Part shown: piece after piece, positions 29,632 to 38,883 of the stretch
Layout of the letters: each line of letters begins with the position of its first letter
How positions within the stretch are numbered: position 1 is the stretch's first letter
Assembly: GCA_947478395.1 (NCBI GenBank)
Contig: CANJVR010000001.1
Location: forward strand, 480,001-544,000
Reading direction: 5' to 3'
From: Opitutia bacterium
Lineage (GTDB): Bacteria > Verrucomicrobiota > Verrucomicrobiia > Opitutales > Opitutaceae
DNA length: 64,000 nucleotides
The notes under the pieces: model-generated
Told to the model about the DNA's origin: nothing
Database searches by the model: none
Seen by the model: only the letters and a program-made list of their open reading frames with translations
Position numbers and translations under genes: made by a program

Positions 29632-30870
29632 ATGACGATCGACTCCGCCGACTTGCTCGAACGTTTTCTGCGCTACGTCCAAATCGACACCCGCAGCGAT
29701 GCCCATGCAACGACCACGCCGAGCACGCCCGGCCAATGGAATCTGTTGCGGCTGCTCGCGGCCGAACTGCGCACGCTCGGCGCTGAGGAAATCACGCTCA
29801 CGCCCCACGGTTACGTCCTCGCGACGATTCCCGCGACCTCCCCTCGCCCCGTGCCGGTGATCGCTTGGTGCGCGCACGTGGACACCGCCACCAACCTGCC
29901 GGGCGCCGCGAAGCCGATCGTCCACCGCAACTATTCGGGCCAGCCGATCGTGCTCCCCGACGATCCGGCGCAACAACTCACGCTCGAAACCACGCCCCAT
30001 CTGCGCGGAGCACTGGGTCACGATCTCATCACCGCCAGCGGCACCACCCTCCTCGGCGCCGACGACAAAGCTGGCGTCGCGACGGTCATGTCCGCCGTGC
30101 GCCACCTGCTGCATCATCCCGAAATTCCGCACGGGCGCATCCGGGTGTGCTTCAATCCCGACGAGGAAATCGCCGCCGGCATGGCGCACCTCGACCTGGC
30201 CGAACTTGCCGCCAGCGTGGCGTACACGCTCGACGGCGAATCTCCGGGAGAAATCGACTACGAGACGTTTAGCGCCGACGGCGCACGGCTGGAAATCCAC
30301 GGGGTCGCCGCGCACCCTGGCTGGGCGCGTGGCACCATGATCAACGCGCTCCGCCTCGCAGGCCGGTTTCTCGCCGCGCTTCCCGCCGAGCTCTCGCCAG
30401 AGCGGACCGGTGAACGCGACGGATTTATCCATCCGGTCGAATGCAATGGCTCAGCCGAACACGCGACCGTCGAGCTGATCCTGCGCGACTTCGAACTGAC
30501 GGGCCTCGCGCAACAGCACAAGGTGCTCGAAGAAATCGTCGCCGAATTGCGCGCCGCCGCGCCCCGCGCGCAACTCAAGCTCACGTTCACCGAGCAGTAC
30601 CGCAACATGCGTTACGGTCTCGAGCGCGACATGCGTCCAGTTGAATTCGCCCGTGAAGCCCTGCTTCGGGCGGGCCTCACACCGCGGTCGCAGGCCATCC
30701 GCGGCGGCACCGATGGCTCCAACCTGACCGCGCGCGGCCTCCCCACGCCGAATCTTTTTTGCGGCATGCACGAAGTCCACAGTCCCCGCGAATGGGTCAG
30801 TTTGCAGGACATGACCAAATCGGTCGAAACCCTGGTGCACCTCTCGCAAGTGTGGGCCGAACGCGGTTAG
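29632..30870 (+). CDS. pepT: Peptidase T (M20B tripeptidase)
   Basis: RFLRYVQIDT, AHVDT, LLGADDKAG, PDEEI, IRGGTDG, HSPREW. Confidence 0.93.
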   Translation: MTIDSADLLERFLRYVQIDTRSDAHATTTPSTPGQWNLLRLLAAELRTLGAEEITLTPHGYVLATIPATSPRPVPVIAWCAHVDTATNLPGAAKPIVHRNYSGQPIVLPDDPAQQLTLETTPHLRGALGHDLITASGTTLLGADDKAGVATVMSAVRHLLHHPEIPHGRIRVCFNPDEEIAAGMAHLDLAELAASVAYTLDGESPGEIDYETFSADGARLEIHGVAAHPGWARGTMINALRLAGRFLAALPAELSPERTGERDGFIHPVECNGSAEHATVELILRDFELTGLAQQHKVLEEIVAELRAAAPRAQLKLTFTEQYRNMRYGLERDMRPVEFAREALLRAGLTPRSQAIRGGTDGSNLTARGLPTPNLFCGMHEVHSPREWVSLQDMTKSVETLVHLSQVWAERG

Positions 30871-30975
30871 AGCCTGGCCGAAAAACCCTCCGCCCGCAGG
30901 TCCGCGCACTTGCGCGCGCCCTTCGACCCGGAGCGCGCGCCGGGGGCGGGGTGTCGGCCTCAACCGCCGCAAAAT

Positions 30976-32076
30976 TCAGCGCCGCACTGCCGCCGCGAGC
31001 TCCGTGAGCAAACGCTCGTTTTGCTCCGGCGTACCCACCGTGATGCGCACCCACTCCGGTAGACCGTACATCTTCACCGGCCGCACGATTACGCCCTTCG
31101 CCTGCAAAGCGCCGAACACCCGCATCCCATCGCCCACTTTCACCAAAACAAAATTCGCGGCACTCGGCACCCACTCCAATCCCAACGCGCGGAAGCCCGC
31201 CTCCAGGCGCGCCATGCCCGCGCGATTTTCCCGGGCGCATTTTTCGGCAAACTCGCCGTCGTCGAGCGCGGCGAGCGCCGCAGCTTGGGCGATCGCGTTC
31301 ACGTTGAACGGCTGGCGCACGCGATTGAGCAACGCCACCAGTTCTGCACTCGCATAGCCGTACCCGACCCGCAGCGATGCGAGCCCGTAGATCTTAGAAA
31401 ACGTGCGCAGCCCGATCACCTTTCGGCCCTCGGCGATCAAGGGCCGCAAATCCATCGCGTCGGCCGGCGCGACAAATTCCGCGTAGGCCTCGTCAAAAAC
31501 CGCGATCACATGCGGTGGCAGCGCACGAGCAAACGCCAGCAGGTCCGCCGCCGAATTGATCGTACCCGTGGGATTGTTGGGGCTGGCGACAAAGACCAGC
31601 TTCGTCCGCGGCGTGATCGCCCGCGCCATCGCCGGCAGATCGTGCGCCCAGTTCTTTAACGGCACCTCCACCACCTTCGCTCCGAACAGCAACGTCACCA
31701 GCTTGTAGACCACAAAAGCCGGACCACCGAAAACCACGTCATCGTCCGCACCGAGAAACACGTGGCCCAACAATTCGATGATCTCATTCGAGCCGTTGCC
31801 CACGACGAACTGGTCGGCACCGAGTCCGCGGACGGCGGCGAGCTTTTGCCGCAGCGCAAAGCAACCGCCGTCTGGATAGAGTTCACCGTGATCGAGCGCG
31901 TGCTTCGCGGCCGCGATCGCTCTTGGCGACGGACCCCACGGATTTTCGTTCGACGCCAGCTTGATAATACCCGCCGGGTCGAGTCCCAGCTCGCGCGCCA
32001 CATCCTCAATGGGCTTGCCCGGTTCATAGACCGGTTGCGTGAGCACGGAGGGTTTGACCAGCGCTTCGAGTTTCAT
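30976..32076 (-). CDS. hisC: Histidinol-phosphate aminotransferase
   Basis: YEPGKP, KLASNENP, GNGSNE, PNNPTG, DEAYAEF, RTFSKIYGLASLRVGY. Confidence 0.92.
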   Translation of the reverse strand: MKLEALVKPSVLTQPVYEPGKPIEDVARELGLDPAGIIKLASNENPWGPSPRAIAAAKHALDHGELYPDGGCFALRQKLAAVRGLGADQFVVGNGSNEIIELLGHVFLGADDDVVFGGPAFVVYKLVTLLFGAKVVEVPLKNWAHDLPAMARAITPRTKLVFVASPNNPTGTINSAADLLAFARALPPHVIAVFDEAYAEFVAPADAMDLRPLIAEGRKVIGLRTFSKIYGLASLRVGYGYASAELVALLNRVRQPFNVNAIAQAAALAALDDGEFAEKCARENRAGMARLEAGFRALGLEWVPSAANFVLVKVGDGMRVFGALQAKGVIVRPVKMYGLPEWVRITVGTPEQNERLLTELAAAVRR

Positions 32077-32350
32077 CCCCTCAGACGAACACCATTCGAC
32101 TCCCACGCGAAAGCCCGAAATGAAGCGCATAGGCAGCGCCGCCTGAATCGGCTGCTGGGCGCCGCGTCCGTGACGCCTTGACCGCGGCGAAATCGGCGGC
32201 GCGACTCGCCTTAAAAATTCTCCTCAACCAGGGTGGAATTGGAGCCGAACGCGATTCAGGTTTCGACGCGGCCACGTTCGCGGTCGATGCCGCATTTTCG
32301 CTCGAGGAATCCAATTTCACGCGGGCCCTTTGCGTTCAGCCGCAGACGAC

Positions 32351-32433
32351 GTAGCGGCCGGCGGCCCTGCCTGCCGGGTTAGGCGGCCTCGTTTCGGCCG
32401 GCCGGGACGCCGGCTGCTACAGAAACCGGCCAC
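32351..32433. repeat. Palindromic REP/MITE-like element, family B, copy 2
   Basis: GTAGCGGCCGGCGGCCCTGCCTGCC...GGCCGGCCGGGACGCCGGCTGCTAC followed by AAACCGGCCAC, as in the 58.2-kb copy. Confidence 0.7.
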
Positions 32434-32451
32434 GGAAATACCTAAAACGCG

Positions 32452-33045
32452 CTAAACCTTCCGACTCGCCACGCGCACCCATTGCATGCCCGCCGCCTCG
32501 GCTGCGCGCATTCCGGGCTCCGCGTCTTCGAACACCAGGCAACGCGCAGGCGCGACGCCCATGCGTTGCGCCGCGAGTAAAAACATATCGGGCGCCGGCT
32601 TGCCATGCGTCACATCGTCAGCCGAAACCACGATGGGAAAAAGGTCCGATAAGCCGCTGCACTGAAGAGACTGCCGGACCACGTTGCGCGGTCCGCCCGA
32701 CGCGATGGCCGTCGGATGCGTTTTCGCCACCTGACGGGCAAACGCAACTACGGGCTCAATCAAGCGCACCGCCGCCAGCTTCTCGACGAAGAGCCTTTCT
32801 TTTTCATGAAACACCGCCTCGGTGTCGATCGTGAGCTGGTAGTGCGCCGCGAACAGATCGGCGACGCGGCGCGTCGGCACGCCGCCGAGCGCATAAAACA
32901 AATCCTCGCTCAAGGTTTCCTTCAGACCCGCGCGCTGCATCGCCGCATCCCATGCAAGATAATGCACGGGCATCGAATCGATGAGCGTGCCATCGAGATC
33001 GAAAATATAGCCCGCGAATTCTCCGGCCGGAATCTCCAGATGCAT
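32452..33045 (-). CDS. HAD IA family phosphatase (beta-PGM/YqaB-like)
   Basis: FDLDGTLIDS, GKPAPD, FEDAEPG. Confidence 0.88.
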   Translation of the reverse strand: MHLEIPAGEFAGYIFDLDGTLIDSMPVHYLAWDAAMQRAGLKETLSEDLFYALGGVPTRRVADLFAAHYQLTIDTEAVFHEKERLFVEKLAAVRLIEPVVAFARQVAKTHPTAIASGGPRNVVRQSLQCSGLSDLFPIVVSADDVTHGKPAPDMFLLAAQRMGVAPARCLVFEDAEPGMRAAEAAGMQWVRVASRKV

Positions 33046-33292
33046 AAAGGCGCGGACGCTCGCACGCCCACTCCCACTTTCAATCCTCAACTTCGAGCAC
33101 GCCAAGGACTCCCGGAGGGCGGAGCTTCAAGCGCCTATCCGAATAACGAGTCCACGTCGGCCCACGCGCTGCCTCAAGGACGGCAAAACGCACACTCTGC
33201 GCCACCAAATCTTCGTTGGCCTGATACAGCGGACTCGGTCAACCGAGATGAATGCGGTTGCGCGTCCCGGCTCGAATCCTAGCTGTTCAGGG

Positions 33293-35914
33293 ATGTCCGC
33301 CACCACTGAACCCGCCGCTATGCCGACGCAGGCCGCTGCACCGCTGCAGCGTCCGGTCGCGCGACCGGAGTTACTCGCTCCCGCCGGCGACTGGGAATGC
33401 GCGCGCGCGGCCGTGGAAAATGGCGCCGATGCGATCTATTTCGGCCTCGAGCGGTTCAACGCCCGCATGCGCGCGAAAAACTTCACGCAGGCGGATCTGC
33501 CGGCGCTGATGACGTTCCTCCACCGACGCGGCGTGCGCGGCTACGTCACGTTCAACACGCTCGTTTTCACCCAGGAACTTCCCGACGCCGAAGAATATCT
33601 CCGTACAATCATCGCCGCAGGCGTCGACGCCGCGATTGTCCAGGACGTCGGCATCTGCCGCATGATTCGCGCGCTCTCACCGGATTTCCCGATCCATACG
33701 TCGACGCAAATGACCGTGACCAGCGCCGCCGGCGTAGACTTCGCCCGCGACCTCGGCGCCAACCTTGTCGTCCTTGCGCGCGAGAATTCGATCGCCGAGA
33801 TCGAGAAAATCCAAGCCGCGCAAATCTCCGCCGCCGCTGCGCTTCCGCTGGAAGTGTTCGTGCACGGCGCCCTCTGCGTGGCGTACTCCGGCCAATGCCT
33901 CACAAGCGAATCCCTCGGTGGCCGCTCGGCCAATCGCGGCGAATGCGCCCAAGCCTGTCGCCTGCCTTACGATCTCATTTCGGACGGTGAGAAAGTCGAT
34001 CTCGGCGACCGCCGTTACCTGCTCAGCCCGCAAGATCTCGCGGGGCTCGATGTCTTGCCCGAACTCGTCCGCGTCGGGATCGCGTCGTTGAAAATCGAAG
34101 GCCGGCTGAAATCACCCGAGTACGTCGCAAGCATCACGCGCGTGTACCGCCAAGCCTTGGACAAGGTCATGCTCGAACGCGGGAGCGCCGCCCCCGCATC
34201 GCCCGCCTCCGACCGCGCCCACTACGAACTCCAGATGGCGTTCTCCCGCGGCCAGTACACCGGCTGGTTTCGCGGGATCAATAACCAGGAACTCGCGCAC
34301 GGCCGGTTCGGGACGAAGCGCGGCGTACTCCTCGGCGAAATCAGACGCGTGGCCGGCGAATCGATTTCCCTCGCCCTCGCCGCTCCACTGAAGCCCGGCG
34401 ACGGCGTGGTCTTCGATGCCGGCAATCCCGCAGAACGCGAGGAAGGCGGCCGCGTTTATCAAGTCGAGGCCGCCCGCGATGCCGCGGGCGAAACCTCCCT
34501 GCGCTTCGGTCAGGGCGACATCGACTGGCGTCGCGTGCGCGCCGGCCAGCTGGTCTGGAAAACCAACGACCCCGCACTCGACCGCGAGCTGCGGGGCACG
34601 TTCGAAGGCGAAAAAATCCGCTTCCAACGCCCGATCGATCTCGAAGTCCATGGTCACGCCGGTTCACCGCTCACGCTCATCGCGCGCGACGCGCACGGCC
34701 ACGTCGCACAAAGCACCTCCGCGCTTCCGCTGACTGCCGCGGAAAACCAGCCGCTCACCACCGAACGGCTTCGCGATCAACTCGGCCGGCTCGGCGCCAC
34801 GCCGTTCGCACTTGGCGCGTTGAAAAATCTCCTCGAGGGCGAAGTCATCCTTCCCGTCAGCGAACTCAACCGTCTCCGCCGCGAAACCATCGCCGCGCTC
34901 GAAACGCTCGCCGCCCAGCCCACGCGCTGGGCCCTCGCCCCTCGGACCCCGCAGCCTTCGCCTTCCCGCGTTCAAAATGGTGCCGCGCCGACGGACGCGT
35001 CGCCCGAACTGGTCATCGTCGTTCGCAGTCTCGAACAGCTCGATGCCGCGCTCACCTGCCCGGGCATCGTCACGGTGTACTGCGAATTCGAAAACCCGAA
35101 GCACTACCGCGACGCAGTCCAACGCTTCCGCGCCTGGCAAACTCAAGGCGGCGAAAACCAGCAGACCAACGCCGAACCTTCGCGTGCGCCGAGCAGCATC
35201 TGGGTCGCGGCGCCACGGATCTTCAAACCGGGCGAGGAATGGATCCTCAAGCAGGTGCGTTCGTCGGAGGCCGACGGTTATCTCGTCCGCAACTACGATC
35301 ATCTCGCGTTTTTTGCCGCCGACCGCAAACGCGGCGATTTCTCGCTCAACGTCGCGAACCCGCTCACCGCCGCGCATTTTATCGAGCGCCACGGACTCGA
35401 GCGCGTGACGGCCAGCTACGATCTTAACATCACTCAGCTCGAAGCGCTGCTCGGCGCGGCGCCGGGCCACTGGTTCGACCTCACGATTCACCAGCACATG
35501 CCGATGTTTCACATGGAGCACTGCGTGTTCTGCGCGTTTCTCTCCTCGGGCAAGGACTACCGCGACTGCGGCCGCCCGTGCGACACGCACCGCGTGGCCT
35601 TGCGCGATCGCGTCGGCGCGGATCTTCCACTCAAGGCCGACGCCGGCTGCCGCAACACCGTCTACAACAACCGGGCTCAAACCGGCGCCGACTACGTGGC
35701 CCGCCTGATCGAACTCGGCGCGCGCCATTTCCGGGTCGAGTTTGTAAATGAACGTCCCGACGACGTGGTCCGCACGATCACGCGCTACCAGCAACTCATC
35801 CGCGGCGAAATCACCGGCGCCGATGTCTGGCGCGAACTAAAATTGATCAACCAGCTCGGCGTCACCCGCGGCCAGATGGAAACCGCACCGCAGTTCATCG
35901 CGAAGAAAAAGTAG
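33293..35914 (+). CDS. U32 family protein with DUF3656 (RlhA-like rRNA hydroxylase candidate)
   Basis: PELLAPAG, GADAIYFG, HGALCVAYSGQC, NRGECAQACR, LKIEGRLK, second degenerate U32 domain with Cys cluster. Confidence 0.85.
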   Translation: MSATTEPAAMPTQAAAPLQRPVARPELLAPAGDWECARAAVENGADAIYFGLERFNARMRAKNFTQADLPALMTFLHRRGVRGYVTFNTLVFTQELPDAEEYLRTIIAAGVDAAIVQDVGICRMIRALSPDFPIHTSTQMTVTSAAGVDFARDLGANLVVLARENSIAEIEKIQAAQISAAAALPLEVFVHGALCVAYSGQCLTSESLGGRSANRGECAQACRLPYDLISDGEKVDLGDRRYLLSPQDLAGLDVLPELVRVGIASLKIEGRLKSPEYVASITRVYRQALDKVMLERGSAAPASPASDRAHYELQMAFSRGQYTGWFRGINNQELAHGRFGTKRGVLLGEIRRVAGESISLALAAPLKPGDGVVFDAGNPAEREEGGRVYQVEAARDAAGETSLRFGQGDIDWRRVRAGQLVWKTNDPALDRELRGTFEGEKIRFQRPIDLEVHGHAGSPLTLIARDAHGHVAQSTSALPLTAAENQPLTTERLRDQLGRLGATPFALGALKNLLEGEVILPVSELNRLRRETIAALETLAAQPTRWALAPRTPQPSPSRVQNGAAPTDASPELVIVVRSLEQLDAALTCPGIVTVYCEFENPKHYRDAVQRFRAWQTQGGENQQTNAEPSRAPSSIWVAAPRIFKPGEEWILKQVRSSEADGYLVRNYDHLAFFAADRKRGDFSLNVANPLTAAHFIERHGLERVTASYDLNITQLEALLGAAPGHWFDLTIHQHMPMFHMEHCVFCAFLSSGKDYRDCGRPCDTHRVALRDRVGADLPLKADAGCRNTVYNNRAQTGADYVARLIELGARHFRVEFVNERPDDVVRTITRYQQLIRGEITGADVWRELKLINQLGVTRGQMETAPQFIAKKK

Positions 35915-35924
35915 GAGGGCCGAT

Positions 35925-35997
35925 TAGCGCGGCGCATCAGACCGCGCTCCGGATGCGAACCCGTCCAACTCGGAGCGCGGTCTGACGCCTCGCGCTA
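35925..35997. repeat. Long GC-rich hairpin between convergent genes (REP-like or bidirectional terminator)
   Basis: TAGCGCG...TCAGACCGCGCTCCG / CGGAGCGCGGTCTGA...CGCGCTA inverted repeat. Confidence 0.6.
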
Positions 35998-36014
35998 CGT
36001 CGCAAATCGCCGGC

Positions 36015-36395
36015 TCACTTCGGACGCTGGATCAACTCCACTTCGTAGCCTTCCGGCGCGTCGATAAAGGCGATCACGCCGCCGTTCTTCATCGGCGTCG
36101 GTCCATCGCTCAGCGGATAACCTTTCCTCGTCATCTCGGCCGCGTACGCCACCAGATCATCGACCTCGAACGCGAGGTGCATCAGATCGGACTGCACCTG
36201 CACCGCCGGTGAGCCGGGCGGCATCTGACACAGCTCGATTTCCTCGTCGCTATTCGGCGTCGCAAGGAACGCGAGCTGGGCCCCGCGCGGCGACGTATTC
36301 CGGCGCGCGACTTTCAAGCCGAGCGCCTCGTAGAATTTCACCGTGCGCTCCAGATCGTTGACGCGCATGCGCGTGTGCAGAAGTTTTTTGATCAT
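36015..36395 (-). CDS. VOC family protein, lactoylglutathione lyase-like
   Basis: LLHTRMRVNDLERTVKFY, HLAFEVDD, AFIDAPEGYEVELIQ. Confidence 0.88.
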   Translation of the reverse strand: MIKKLLHTRMRVNDLERTVKFYEALGLKVARRNTSPRGAQLAFLATPNSDEEIELCQMPPGSPAVQVQSDLMHLAFEVDDLVAYAAEMTRKGYPLSDGPTPMKNGGVIAFIDAPEGYEVELIQRPK

Positions 36396-36470
36396 GACGA
36401 TCCGAGGCTGAAAACTTTCTTCCGCGTCGCCAACGTCATTTCTCGCGCCCACGTTTTTCCGCTCCACCCC

Positions 36471-38588
36471 ATGCGCTTTTTCCCTGCTTGTCTGCTCGCC
36501 GCCACGCTCGGCCTCGGTCTCCACGCTGCGCCGATCGACCGCCAGGCCCTCGTCAGCCGGCACAATCCCGTGATCACCGACGTCGATCCTTGGGCCCCGC
36601 TATCGGTGGGCAACGGCCGGTTCGCGTTCACGGCCGATGTCACCGGTCTCCAGACCTTCGGCGATGACTACTACGCGAAGGGCATTCCGCTCGAAACGCT
36701 CGCGCGTTGGGCCTGGCACACCAACGCGAATCCAAACGGTTACCAACTCTCCGACGCGAACCACGACTACACCTCGTACGGAAAAACCGTCGGTTACCCG
36801 ATGGTCCAAAGCGGGCCCGCCGGCATGTGGCTCCGCGAGAATCCGCAGGACGTGCCCATCGGCCAGCTCGCGCTCGACTTCACCCGCGACTCCGGGGCCC
36901 CGCTCGCGCCGAACGATATCAGCGCGATCAACCAAACGCTCGATCTCTGGTCCGGCACAACCACGAGCCATTACACGCTCGCCGGCGCGCCGGTCACCGT
37001 CGTGGTCGCATGCGATCCAGCCAGCGACACCATCGCCGTCCGCCTGAGTTCACCGTTGGTGGCCGCGGGTAAACTCGGCGTGCGCGTGGCCTTTCCCCGG
37101 GCGCATGACATTCGCACGAAAAATAATCCGGCGCTCGATTGGACCAAGCCGGAGGCGCACACCACCACGGTGGTCCGTCAAACCGATCGCGCCCTCAACC
37201 TTTCACGCGCGATCGACGCCACTCACTACCAATCGTCCATCGTCGCGACCGGCCCCGTGAATTTCACCGCGGATGGCCCGCACGCCTTTCGGATTCGTTC
37301 GGTTTCCGGCGACACGCTCGAGTTCACCCTCGGATTTGTCGCCGAAGGAACGTTGGCCGCCGTGACTCCGAGTTCCATTCGGACCGCCAGCGCCCAATAT
37401 TGGGAAAAATTTTGGCGCTCGGGCGGCGCCATCGATTTCTCCGGCAGCAAGGATCTGCGCGCGAGCGAACTCGAGCGGCGCGTCGTGCTCTCGCAATATC
37501 TGACCGCGATCCAGTTCGCCGGCGATTTCCCGCCCCAGGAAAGCGGGCTCACCAACAGCACGTGGTACGGCAAGCATCACACCGAGATGATCTGGTGGCA
37601 CGCCGCGCACTTCGCGCTCTGGGGCCGCGACTCATTTCTCGCGAAAAATCTCGAATGGTACCAACGGAGCCTACCGGTCGCCCGCGCCATCGCCGAGGGG
37701 CGAGGTCTGCGCGGCGCGCGCTGGCCGAAGATGATCGGACCCGACGGACGCGAAAGCCCCGGTGGCAACCCGCTCATAATCTGGAATCAACCCCACGTCA
37801 TCCATCTCTCCGAACTCCTGTACCGCAACACGCCCGCGCCGGCCACGCTCGCGCGTTATCGCGAGCTCGTGTTCGAGACGGCCGAGTGCATGGCGTCGAT
37901 GCTGCATTGGGACGAAAAGCGCGGGTGTTATCTCCTCGGGCCGCCGCTTTGGATCGCGCAGGAAATCTACGATCAGGCGACCAGCATGAATCCAACCTAC
38001 GAGCTCAGCTACTGGGCGCGCGGACTGGAAATCGCGCAGCAATGGCGCGAGCGACTCGGCCTCCCGCGGAATCCCGAATGGGAAAAAATGCGCACGCATA
38101 TGGCGCCGCTACCGCAAAAGGACGGACGTTACGTCGCACTCGAATCCACGCCGGATACGTGGGACAACAAAGACAGCCGTCACGACCATCCATCGTTTCT
38201 GATGGCGCTGGGCCAGCTGCCGGGCGACGGCGTGGATCGCGCCGTCATGCGCCGCACGCTCGACGCCACGCTCGCGACGTGGGATTGGGAAACGAAAATC
38301 TGGGGCTGGGATTATCCGATGATCGCAATGACCGCCGCGCGACTCGGCGCGCCGCAGCAAGCCGTCGACATCCTGCTCAAGAATGGCCCGAACAACGCCT
38401 ACAAGGCCAACGGCCACAATCCGCAGCGCGGCGATCTGCCGGTCTATCTGCCGGGCAATGGCGCGTTGCTCGCGGCCGTCGCCCTCATGGCCGGCGGCTG
38501 GGATGGCGCGCCCGCCGGCGATGCGCCAGGATTTCCACGCGACGGTTCGTGGGTCGTACACGCCGAAGGCTTGCATCCGCTGCCTTGA
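36471..38588 (+). CDS. Secreted six-hairpin glycoside hydrolase (GH65-like)
   Basis: Signal peptide, IDRQALVSRHN, LSVGNGRFAFTADVTGLQT, PQESGL, WYGKHH, WGWDYP, YLPGNG. Confidence 0.7.
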   Translation: MRFFPACLLAATLGLGLHAAPIDRQALVSRHNPVITDVDPWAPLSVGNGRFAFTADVTGLQTFGDDYYAKGIPLETLARWAWHTNANPNGYQLSDANHDYTSYGKTVGYPMVQSGPAGMWLRENPQDVPIGQLALDFTRDSGAPLAPNDISAINQTLDLWSGTTTSHYTLAGAPVTVVVACDPASDTIAVRLSSPLVAAGKLGVRVAFPRAHDIRTKNNPALDWTKPEAHTTTVVRQTDRALNLSRAIDATHYQSSIVATGPVNFTADGPHAFRIRSVSGDTLEFTLGFVAEGTLAAVTPSSIRTASAQYWEKFWRSGGAIDFSGSKDLRASELERRVVLSQYLTAIQFAGDFPPQESGLTNSTWYGKHHTEMIWWHAAHFALWGRDSFLAKNLEWYQRSLPVARAIAEGRGLRGARWPKMIGPDGRESPGGNPLIIWNQPHVIHLSELLYRNTPAPATLARYRELVFETAECMASMLHWDEKRGCYLLGPPLWIAQEIYDQATSMNPTYELSYWARGLEIAQQWRERLGLPRNPEWEKMRTHMAPLPQKDGRYVALESTPDTWDNKDSRHDHPSFLMALGQLPGDGVDRAVMRRTLDATLATWDWETKIWGWDYPMIAMTAARLGAPQQAVDILLKNGPNNAYKANGHNPQRGDLPVYLPGNGALLAAVALMAGGWDGAPAGDAPGFPRDGSWVVHAEGLHPLP

Positions 38589-38615
38589 AGGCCCGCGCCC
38601 CGCGGTAGAGCCGTG

Positions 38616-38735
38616 TGGCCATAAAACGGTTTAGGGTCGCGGCCGGCGTCTCGGCCTGCCGGGCACGGCGTTCGCGTTTCCGCAGGCCGGGACGCCTGCT
38701 ACTACTTCGATAGCGGCTACGCTTTTGATTAAACC
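38616..38735. repeat. Palindromic REP/MITE-like element, family B, copy 3
   Basis: GCAGGCCGGGACGCCTGCTACTAC then TAGCGGCTACGCTTTTGATTAAACC, matching the reverse complement of 58205-58240. Confidence 0.7.
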
Positions 38736-38883
38736 GCCCTGGAACTGGCGCGATAACGACGACGGGCTCTACCTCACGGAGCACTGGTTCGGTTACGTTT
38801 GCGCTACAGCCGAATTAAAACTCGTTTTGCCCAGCTGGGGAAATAGCCTACTCCCTTTCGTCGTCCCCTCCTGTCGCAACCGC

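Noticed and set aside
38725..38883. N-terminal extension of Ppk1 in the ORF track
   Set aside because: Starts at a TTG inside a family B repeat; homology begins near MASRSKKK
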